From Bacteroidota bacterium (GTDB taxonomy: Bacteria > Bacteroidota > Bacteroidia > Flavobacteriales > BACL11): DNA of 64,000 nucleotides. Position numbers and translations under genes: made by a program. This document shows positions 56,746-64,000 of the stretch, piece after piece. The stretch lies in NCBI GenBank assembly GCA_028408365.1, contig JAOOLD010000001.1, positions 64,450 through 128,449 on the forward strand, given 5' to 3'. The notes beneath the pieces were generated by a model. The model worked only from the letters and a program-made list of their open reading frames with translations, made no database searches and had not been told where the DNA came from. How positions within the stretch are numbered: the stretch's first letter is position 1; each line of letters opens with the position of its first letter.

Positions 56746-58665
56746 ATGTTTAAACAAGGGTCTATACTATCTAAAATTAACGCGCCTAGTGATATTAAAA
56801 ATTTATCATCAGAGAATCTATTAACATTATGTGTTGAGCTTAGAGATTACATTATTAGTGTTGTTTCTGAAAAAGGTGGTCATTTAGGTGCTAGTTTAGG
56901 AGTAGTTGAGTTAACAGTAGCTTTGCATTATGTGTTTAATACGCCATATGATCAGCTAGTTTGGGATGTTGGTCATCAAGCTTATGGTCATAAAATTTTA
57001 ACAGGCAGAAAAGATAATTTTCACACAAACAGAATATATGATGGTATAAGTGGGTTTCCAAAAAGAAGTGAAAGTATATATGACACCTTTGGTGTTGGCC
57101 ATTCATCAACTTCTATATCAGCTGCACTTGGAATGGCTACTGCTTCAAAGCTAAACAGTATAAAGGACAAACAACATATCGCTGTTATTGGTGATGGATC
57201 GATGAGTGCCGGACTTGCATTTGAAGGCTTAAACAATGCTGGGATAGAAAAATCTAACTTATTAGTGATTTTAAATGATAATTGCATGTCGATTGATCCT
57301 GCCGTAGGCGCATTGAAAGACTATTTAACATCTATATCTACCTCAAAAAACTATAATAAAACCAGAAAAAAAATATGGAAGTTGTTAGGAGAAATTGGAA
57401 AATTTGGCCCTAATCCACAAAAAATTGTAAAAAAACTAGAAGGGGCAATAAAATCAACAGTACTATCTGAGAGCAATTATTTTGAATCTTTAAATTTCAG
57501 ATACTTTGGTCCTGTGGATGGTCATGATGTTGAACAACTATCAAAAGTTTTAACTGATTTAAAAGATATTGACGGGCCTAAAATTCTGCACTGTTTAACA
57601 GTTAAGGGTAAGGGATATACTCATGCAGAAAGAGGAGACACAACTAAGTGGCATGCACCAGGACTATTTGATAAAAAAACAGGCAGTATAATAAAAGGAA
57701 ATGGGAATAAATCAGCTCCTAAGTATCAGGATGTTTTTGGAGAAACAATAATTGAGTTAGCTAAAGAAAATGAAAAAATTGTTGGAGTAACACCTGCAAT
57801 GTTGACTGGATCTTCTCTTAAACATATGATGGAGGCTATGCCTGACAGGACTTTTGATGTTGGTATTGCCGAACAACATGCTGTAACATTTTCAGCAGGA
57901 CTAGCTACACAAGACATCATTCCTTTTTGTAACATATACTCAACTTTTATGCAAAGAGCTTACGATCAGGTAATTCATGATGTTGCTATTCAAAACTTAA
58001 ATGTTGTGTTTTGCCTTGACAGGGGCGGACTTGTTGGTGCTGATGGAGCTACACATCATGGAGCTTTTGATATTGCATATTTCAGATGTATTCCCAATAT
58101 GATTGTCTCCGCACCAATGAATGAGATAGAACTAAGGAACTTAATGTATACTGCTCAACTTCCCAATCAGGGACCCTTTTCTATTAGATACCCTAGGGGG
58201 AAAGGTGTTATAATAGATTGGGTAAAACCTTTTAAAGAATTAAAAATAGGTAAGGGAGTTGCAGTAAAAGAAGGAAATGATGTTGCAATTTTATCAATTG
58301 GCCATGTAGGAAATTATGTTATTGAATCTTACGAAAAATTACAAAAAAAAGGAATAGATGTGGCGCATTACAATATGATTTTTGTGAAGCCGCTTGACGA
58401 AAAACTTTTACATAAAGTATTTCAAAAATTTGAAAATATAGTAACAATTGAAGACGGTTGTATACAAGGAGGATTTGGAAGTGCAGTTATTGAATTTATG
58501 TCAGACAACAATTACAAAGCGAATGTTGTTAGGCTAGGTATTCCTGATAAATTTATAAATCATGGAACTCAGGAGGAACTACATAAAGAGTGTTTATATG
58601 ATGCTGAAACTTTACAGAAAACTGTTGTTAAACTAGTCACCAAAACAGTTGCCAATGTTGGATGA
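56746..58665 (+). CDS. dxs: 1-deoxy-D-xylulose-5-phosphate synthase
   Basis: 639 aa from ATG 56746; the track's 56542 start gives an implausible hydrophobic extension that overlaps the MFP gene. Motifs are GGHLGASLGVVELTVALH, WDVGHQAY.HKILTGR, the ThDP motif GDGSMSAGLAFEGLNNAG and DVGIAEQHAVTF. Confidence 0.95.
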   Translation: MFKQGSILSKINAPSDIKNLSSENLLTLCVELRDYIISVVSEKGGHLGASLGVVELTVALHYVFNTPYDQLVWDVGHQAYGHKILTGRKDNFHTNRIYDGISGFPKRSESIYDTFGVGHSSTSISAALGMATASKLNSIKDKQHIAVIGDGSMSAGLAFEGLNNAGIEKSNLLVILNDNCMSIDPAVGALKDYLTSISTSKNYNKTRKKIWKLLGEIGKFGPNPQKIVKKLEGAIKSTVLSESNYFESLNFRYFGPVDGHDVEQLSKVLTDLKDIDGPKILHCLTVKGKGYTHAERGDTTKWHAPGLFDKKTGSIIKGNGNKSAPKYQDVFGETIIELAKENEKIVGVTPAMLTGSSLKHMMEAMPDRTFDVGIAEQHAVTFSAGLATQDIIPFCNIYSTFMQRAYDQVIHDVAIQNLNVVFCLDRGGLVGADGATHHGAFDIAYFRCIPNMIVSAPMNEIELRNLMYTAQLPNQGPFSIRYPRGKGVIIDWVKPFKELKIGKGVAVKEGNDVAILSIGHVGNYVIESYEKLQKKGIDVAHYNMIFVKPLDEKLLHKVFQKFENIVTIEDGCIQGGFGSAVIEFMSDNNYKANVVRLGIPDKFINHGTQEELHKECLYDAETLQKTVVKLVTKTVANVG

Positions 58666-60091
58666 TCAAATTATTTCAGTTAAGAAAATTCTTGAATTAG
58701 AAGCAAATAATCAAAAAATTGAAGTCAAAGGTTGGATTCGAAACAAAAGAGGTAGTAAAAAAACATCATTTTTATCTATCAATGACGGGTCTACAATTAA
58801 TACATTGCAAGTAATTGCAGAAGGTCAAATAATCAATGAAGCCACAATAAAAGATATAACTACAGGCTGCTGTGTTCAAATAAATGGAATTCTAAAAAAA
58901 TCAATTGGTGCCAACCAGCGATCAGAGCTTTTCGCTGAAAAAATCAAAATATTGGGGTTGGCTGATCCCAATGAATACCCTTTACAACCAAAAAAACATA
59001 GCTTAGAATTTTTAAGAGAAAAAGCGCATTTAAGGTTTAGAACAAATACTTTTTCTGCAGTTTTTAGAATTAGGCATTGCATTTCTTTTGCAATACACAA
59101 ATACTTTAATGATAGAGGTTTTTATTATATCAACACTCCTATTATTACCTCCGCTGATGCAGAAGGAGCTGGAGAATTATTTCAGGTAACAAATTTGAAA
59201 AATATAAATTCTTCTGACGCTAATTATGAGAATGACTTCTTTGGCAAGAAAACTAATCTGACTGTTTCTGGTCAGCTAGAAGCTGAATTAGCTGCACTAG
59301 GCTTGGGCAAGGTATATACATTTGGGCCGACATTTAGAGCTGAAAACTCAAACACCTCAAGACATTTAGCCGAGTTTTGGATGATAGAGCCTGAAGTTGC
59401 CTTCTATGATTTGAAAAAAAATGCTGCTTTAGCAGAAGATTTTCTGAAGTATTGTATTAATCATTGTCTCGAACACTGTAAAGATGATTTGTTGTTTTTA
59501 GAACAAAGGCTAGCTTCAGAGGAATCCTCATTAAAAAAAGAGCTTAGATCAGAACAATCTTTGATAGAAAAACTTATGCATATTTCAAAATCTAGTTTTG
59601 AAAACCTTACTTATACAGAAGCAATAAGTATTTTAAAAAACTCCAAGCCAAACAAAAAGAAAAAATTTAAATATCTCATTTCAGAATTTGGGAATGAGCT
59701 ACAGTCAGAACATGAAAGGTTTTTAGTAGAAAAAGTATTTAAAAAACCTGTTATCATTACTGATTACCCAAAAAAAATTAAAGCTTTCTACATGAGACTT
59801 AACGATGATAATAAAACAGTAAGGGCAATGGATATCCTGTTTCCAGGAATTGGTGAAATTATTGGAGGTTCACAAAGAGAAGAAAGATTAGATGTTTTAA
59901 ATAAAAATATCCTTGATTTCAAAATTGATAAAGAAGAACTGTGGTGGTTTTTAGAGACAAGGAAATTTGGAACTTGTGAACATAGTGGTTTCGGACTTGG
60001 CCTTGAAAGATTGGTTATGTTTATCACTGGAATGAAAAATATTAGAGATGTTATTCCATTTCCAAGAACACCAAAAAATGTTTCTTTTTAA
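58655..60091 (+). CDS. asnS: Asparagine--tRNA ligase
   Basis: About 478 aa from ATG 58655 (the track uses TTG 58649). It has class II motifs FRAENSNTSRHLAEFWMIEPE and GFGLGLERLVMF. Confidence 0.93.
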   Translation: MLDDQIISVKKILELEANNQKIEVKGWIRNKRGSKKTSFLSINDGSTINTLQVIAEGQIINEATIKDITTGCCVQINGILKKSIGANQRSELFAEKIKILGLADPNEYPLQPKKHSLEFLREKAHLRFRTNTFSAVFRIRHCISFAIHKYFNDRGFYYINTPIITSADAEGAGELFQVTNLKNINSSDANYENDFFGKKTNLTVSGQLEAELAALGLGKVYTFGPTFRAENSNTSRHLAEFWMIEPEVAFYDLKKNAALAEDFLKYCINHCLEHCKDDLLFLEQRLASEESSLKKELRSEQSLIEKLMHISKSSFENLTYTEAISILKNSKPNKKKKFKYLISEFGNELQSEHERFLVEKVFKKPVIITDYPKKIKAFYMRLNDDNKTVRAMDILFPGIGEIIGGSQREERLDVLNKNILDFKIDKEELWWFLETRKFGTCEHSGFGLGLERLVMFITGMKNIRDVIPFPRTPKNVSF

Positions 60092-60094
60092 AGG

Positions 60095-61429
60095 ATGCAA
60101 AAACAGAAGTTACAACAAAATCAAAAACTAAATATTAGTGTTGAGCAAATTCAGTTTTTAAACCTGCTACAAATTCCTGCAATTAATTTAGAACAAAGAA
60201 TTAGAGAGGAGCTTGAAGATAATCCAACATTAGAAGAGGAGTTAGTAGATGATGAAATAGAAGAAAAATCAGAAACAGGATACTCAAAAAACACTTACTC
60301 ATTAAAAAGCAAGGAAAATAAGACTGAGAAGATTACTTTATCTTCACACTTAAAAACCCAACTAATTGGTGAAGATTTTGATGATAGAAAGCTTTTTATT
60401 TTAGACTACATCATTGAAAGCATAGACACAAGAGGCTATTTAACAAGAAATGCATATTCAATTTCTAGTGATTTGTTAACTAACCATGATATTGAAATAG
60501 ATGAAGACTATATAAAAAATTGCATTAAAATATTACAAACTTTAGAGCCAAAAGGTGTTGGTGCTTCTGACTTAAAAGAATGTATACTGATCCAGCTTCA
60601 ATTACTTGAAAAAAATGAGATATCAGAAAAGTCCATTGAAGTTATAGCTGATTTTTATGAGGATTTTATAAACAAAAAATATGAGTTATTATGTGAAAAA
60701 TTAAAAATAGACTTAAATACTCTAAAAAAAATTTATCAGCAAATTGAAAAATTAAATCCTTTTCCTGGTAAAAGTTTTGATACAGATGAAGTGAAAAACA
60801 ACTTTATCGTTCATGACTTTTCTATCTTGAACGTAGGTGGAAAGCTAGAAATGAAAATTGAGAAAGGTCATAATATTAATCTTAATATTAGTTCTTATTA
60901 TGAAAACCTGATACAAGAAACAAAGGATAAGGAAGCAAAAAAGTTCTTAAAAGAAAAGATTGGTAAGGCAATGTGGTTCAAAGAATCACTAATAAAAAGA
61001 CAGATAACCTTAAAAAAGGTCGCTAAAGCCATTATGTCTTTACAAGAAAGTTATTTTTTGTCAGGAGATATATCTACATTGAAACCCATGAAGCTTGCAG
61101 ACGTTTCTGAAATTATCAACATGGACGTTTCAACTGTATCAAGGGTCTCAAACGGAAAATATATAGAAACTTCTTTTGGGAGTTTTTTGATGAAAGAACT
61201 GTTTTCTGAAGCTTATAAAAAAGAAAATGGCGAAAGTGTTTCAAACAAGTATGTTAAAATGCTACTAAAAGACATTGTTGAGAAAGAAAATAAATTAAAG
61301 CCTTTTAATGATGAAAAAATTGTTGAAATTTTAGAAAAAGACGAGTTTTTTATTTCAAGAAGAACCGTTGCAAAATATCGTAAAGAGTTAAAAATTCCCA
61401 ATGCTAGATTGAGGAAATCTATTGTTTAG
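60095..61429 (+). CDS. rpoN: RNA polymerase sigma-54 factor
   Basis: 444 aa with a Gln-rich N-terminus (MQKQKLQQNQKL), a core-binding region, an HTH, and the RpoN box SRRTVAKYRKELKIP. Confidence 0.92.
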   Translation: MQKQKLQQNQKLNISVEQIQFLNLLQIPAINLEQRIREELEDNPTLEEELVDDEIEEKSETGYSKNTYSLKSKENKTEKITLSSHLKTQLIGEDFDDRKLFILDYIIESIDTRGYLTRNAYSISSDLLTNHDIEIDEDYIKNCIKILQTLEPKGVGASDLKECILIQLQLLEKNEISEKSIEVIADFYEDFINKKYELLCEKLKIDLNTLKKIYQQIEKLNPFPGKSFDTDEVKNNFIVHDFSILNVGGKLEMKIEKGHNINLNISSYYENLIQETKDKEAKKFLKEKIGKAMWFKESLIKRQITLKKVAKAIMSLQESYFLSGDISTLKPMKLADVSEIINMDVSTVSRVSNGKYIETSFGSFLMKELFSEAYKKENGESVSNKYVKMLLKDIVEKENKLKPFNDEKIVEILEKDEFFISRRTVAKYRKELKIPNARLRKSIV

Positions 61430-62020
61430 ATGCATTGTTTTTCTTATTTGTTCCACCCTATTTTCATTCCCCTAATGGTTTTCATGTTTGTTCACCTTGG
61501 AAACAAGTTATTTGTTTATCCTATTCAAACTCATTTAAGCTATTTTTATCTCATATTAATCTTCACGACAATTATTGCTCCTTTATCAATAATAGCATTG
61601 AAAAAAAAATACGGAATCATTGATTCGTATGAGATAATTAATCACAAAAAAAGACATCATGCTCTTTTTCCTGCACTTATTTGGAACTGTGTTTGTTACT
61701 ACCTAGTTCGTGGCTTATTATATTTTTCTGCTGAACTAAACATTATTTTTATTACTCCAATTGTTTTGATTTTTATTTGTTTAATAATCTCTAACTTTTG
61801 GAAAATCAGTATACACATGACAGCTTTAGGCGGAGCAACAGGAATATTTTATTACCTTTCGATTAATTACAATGAATATTTTTTAATTTTTTGCTTTTTT
61901 GTTATCATTTCAGGCTTAGTTGCTAGCTCAAGGCACCTCAAGAAAGCTCACAGTTTCACTCAAATATACTCAGGCTATTTGTTAGGTGCATTAGTTTTTT
62001 TCCTTTTAATTAATATTTAA
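61430..62020 (+). CDS. Integral membrane protein, degenerate PAP2-like
   Basis: 196 aa with about 6 hydrophobic helices. SIHMT and SRHLKKAHSFTQ resemble PAP2 motifs C2 (PSGH) and C3 (SRxxxxxHxxxD), with D replaced by Q. It abuts rpoN. Confidence 0.55.
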   Translation: MHCFSYLFHPIFIPLMVFMFVHLGNKLFVYPIQTHLSYFYLILIFTTIIAPLSIIALKKKYGIIDSYEIINHKKRHHALFPALIWNCVCYYLVRGLLYFSAELNIIFITPIVLIFICLIISNFWKISIHMTALGGATGIFYYLSINYNEYFLIFCFFVIISGLVASSRHLKKAHSFTQIYSGYLLGALVFFLLINI

Positions 62021-62025
62021 ACTAT

Positions 62026-63420
62026 TTAAAAAACCTCAACACTACTTATTCTTACTTTCCTCTCTAAAACATATTCTATATTATAGATTGCTTCATCTTT
62101 ATTTTTTGGTATTTCCAAAATGCTATTATATTCGCCAAAAGGCATTAACTTAATGTCTATTTGATCATTTTCAAAAAATTGTTTTAAAACATAAGAGTCA
62201 TAAGATTCGATATAGTTTTTTACACTTGAGATTCTTCTTTTTGATAAAGATTGATTATATAAACTTTCAAATAATGGACTTGCGTAACCCTCAATTGTAA
62301 TCGATATGCTTTTCCCTTGTCTAACTAAGATAATTATCTGATCAATAAGATTATTGAATTTATTAAAGTTTTTAATCAATGAATCTTCAAAAAAACTAAT
62401 GATTTGATTATTTCTATTAAAATCATAATACTGATTTTTTAAAAGATAATAATCAACGTAAGACTCATAATAATCTTTATTAGTAGTTGTATCTAATGTG
62501 CAGCAATCAGGTTGATCATTATGAAAATATAAATTAATTGGTAATTCAAATTTTTGACTAAATTTTAATTTATCATCTCTCGAATATACTTTTTTTAAAA
62601 AATAAATATCGCTACAACAACTTATCGAATCACTACAATTATCTCTACTAGATGAAAAATAAGAAACGGTATCACTAATGACTGAAAAATATGTTTCATC
62701 ATATTTAGAGTTAATCTCTGAGTAAGATTTCGATGATTCCCATTTATTTAGAAAACCTGATGAATAATATATGTCAAAACCCATTGATAAGTTTTTATTT
62801 GAACTGTAATACATGAGTTCCCGCGAAGTATCATAAAAAGGAGTTATTTCATCATATTCTGAGTTAACTGCAGGCCCTGCATTTATTGGTGAACTGAATG
62901 TTCCGTCGTCATTTTTAAAAGAAAACCATATATCCAAACCGCCATAACCTCCTTTTCTGTCGCTAGCAAAATATAAAACTTTTCTATTATTATGATCAAC
63001 GAAGAACGGATTTGTATTGTTATAATTTTTTTCGTTTATGCTTTTTGAAAGAAGTTTAAACCTTCTAACATTTGTAATATTCTCTACATATGAAATCTTA
63101 CATGATTTAGCGTTTTCACAAATACTAAAATATCCGGAATTATTATTTTCAAAACAAAAGTTTGCAATTTTTTTAATTGAATTAAATTTAAGTTCTCTTG
63201 ACTTAAACCATTCGTCTTGTTTTTTTACCGCATAAGACAAATTAGATTTCTCATTATTTAGCTCCGTGTAAATTGCTGTACTGTCGTTAATATATCTAAA
63301 GTTGAGTTCAGAATTTTTAATAGTATTAATACTGCCCTTTAGCTTTTCTATTTGCAAAGATTGCGAAGTAGAAAAAAAATATAGATGAAGAAAAATTAAA
63401 ATTAAATATAACTTGGACAT
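62026..63420 (-). CDS. OmpA-family protein with PD40/TolB-like repeats
   Basis: 464 aa with a signal peptide and a PD40-like block FASDRKGGYGGLDIWFS. The C-terminal OmpA-like block is ITIEGYASPLFESLYNQSLSKRRISSVKNYI. Confidence 0.75.
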   Translation of the reverse strand: MSKLYLILIFLHLYFFSTSQSLQIEKLKGSINTIKNSELNFRYINDSTAIYTELNNEKSNLSYAVKKQDEWFKSRELKFNSIKKIANFCFENNNSGYFSICENAKSCKISYVENITNVRRFKLLSKSINEKNYNNTNPFFVDHNNRKVLYFASDRKGGYGGLDIWFSFKNDDGTFSSPINAGPAVNSEYDEITPFYDTSRELMYYSSNKNLSMGFDIYYSSGFLNKWESSKSYSEINSKYDETYFSVISDTVSYFSSSRDNCSDSISCCSDIYFLKKVYSRDDKLKFSQKFELPINLYFHNDQPDCCTLDTTTNKDYYESYVDYYLLKNQYYDFNRNNQIISFFEDSLIKNFNKFNNLIDQIIILVRQGKSISITIEGYASPLFESLYNQSLSKRRISSVKNYIESYDSYVLKQFFENDQIDIKLMPFGEYNSILEIPKNKDEAIYNIEYVLERKVRISSVEVF

Positions 63421-64000
63421 TTAACTATTGTATTTTGTTGTTGCTTTTTAAAAAGATAGTAAATTAAAGTAAACTCAATAGCTCCACTGTAATTGGTAGC
63501 TTTTGAAAACTCAGAAACATTAATGTCATATGTAAATGTAAACTCGTAGTTATTATGACGAAATCCAGATCCTGCAACTATTGCGTCAGAAAATCTATAG
63601 CACAAAAGTGGTTTTATTATTGTTTTATTTTTAATAGTATTTCTAAAAATATATTGAAGATTAAAGCCTAGTAATGTTTCGTTCTGGCTGTTTTGAAGAG
63701 AATGAAAAAGGAATGTTTCATAATTTATATTGTTAAGATTCAAATTATAAAAGTATGCGAAATTATATTTCAATTGTAATTTATCATCTGATGAAATTAA
63801 TGAAACATTAGGTTTATTCAAATGATTAATGGATAGTCCAAGGTTGTGAGAATGATTATTATTAAAATCAAAAGAGTAATTAGTTCCAAGAGCAAGGTCA
63901 AAGTAGTTTTTTTTTGAGCTTGAAAAGTATTCATATTGTTCAAAATTTAATTCGGAAAAATTTACTGACCGCTGGTTAAAAGAAATTCCCGTGCCAAATG
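63402..64000 (-). CDS. PorP/SprF-family type IX secretion membrane protein (N-terminus outside the window)
   Basis: I translated the minus frame by hand beyond the track's TTG at 63821. It stays open to base 64000 (...FGTGISFNQRSVNFSELNFEQYEYFSSSKKNYFDLALGTNYSFDFNNNHSHNLGLSINHLNKPNVSL...). The GLS..HLNKPN.S motif and beta-barrel-like alternation are typical of PorP/SprF. Confidence 0.7.
   Translation of the reverse strand, partial: FGTGISFNQRSVNFSELNFEQYEYFSSSKKNYFDLALGTNYSFDFNNNHSHNLGLSINHLNKPNVSLISSDDKLQLKYNFAYFYNLNLNNINYETFLFHSLQNSQNETLLGFNLQYIFRNTIKNKTIIKPLLCYRFSDAIVAGSGFRHNNYEFTFTYDINVSEFSKATNYSGAIEFTLIYYLFKKQQQNTIVKCPSYI

Noticed and set aside
1-64000. A scan for CRISPR arrays, rRNA genes, IS elements, prophage genes, toxin-antitoxin pairs or known defence systems.
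   Set aside because: I found none. There are no spaced direct repeats, no transposase, integrase or nuclease-helicase signatures, and the intergenic regions are too short to hide structured RNA genes other than the one tRNA.

Overview
This is an AT-rich chromosomal window that looks like Bacteroidota, probably Flavobacteriia. The taxon call rests on T9SS C-terminal sorting domains, a PorP/SprF gene, TAnnTTTG promoter boxes, and the gene orders gltX / DUF4175-like / ybeY / mnmG and dxs-asnS-rpoN. I support about 51 protein-coding genes and one tRNA-Arg(UCG). I found no rRNA, CRISPR array, transposase, integrase or phage genes.

Layout:
- 1-9.0 kb: housekeeping genes (glyQS 3' part, folB, gltX, a 1085-aa membrane-anchored coiled-coil protein, ybeY, mnmG, a SAM methyltransferase).
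- 9.16-40.9 kb: a secreted FN3-repeat protein followed by a 27-gene, single-strand, roughly 30-kb Wzx/Wzy plus Wza/Wzc polysaccharide locus. It contains a PAPS-synthesis module (cysC/D/N), three uronic-acid-forming enzymes, the GDP-fucose genes, a CapE/FnlA-type dehydratase, two tandem DegT paralogs, a sugar N-formyltransferase, a CapK/PaaK-like ligase and an MBOAT O-acylation pair.
- 41.0-48.7 kb: tRNA-Arg, a PorZ-like T9SS beta-propeller protein, recO, a TonB-dependent receptor and a BNR-repeat T9SS cargo protein.
- 48.7-56.6 kb (minus strand): a lipoprotein, an MltD-like LysM transglycosylase and an RND efflux operon (MFP-AcrB-TolC).
- 56.7-64.0 kb: dxs, asnS, rpoN, a PAP2-like membrane protein, and an OmpA/PD40 plus PorP/SprF pair that runs off the window.

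Observations most worth a second look:
- One DegT paralog has the PLP Schiff-base lysine replaced by arginine.
- PAPS synthesis genes sit inside the glycan locus, but no sulfotransferase is recognisable.
- A CapE-type dehydratase feeds aminotransferase and formyltransferase genes instead of FnlB/FnlC.
- The Bacteroidota -7 box TAnnTTTG lies exactly 4 nt before four start codons and 5 nt before the tRNA 5' end, which implies leaderless or near-leaderless transcripts.
- A 272-bp spacer inside the locus carries a cluster of AATTAATT palindromes.

All family assignments come from motif recognition by eye. No searches or computations were run.
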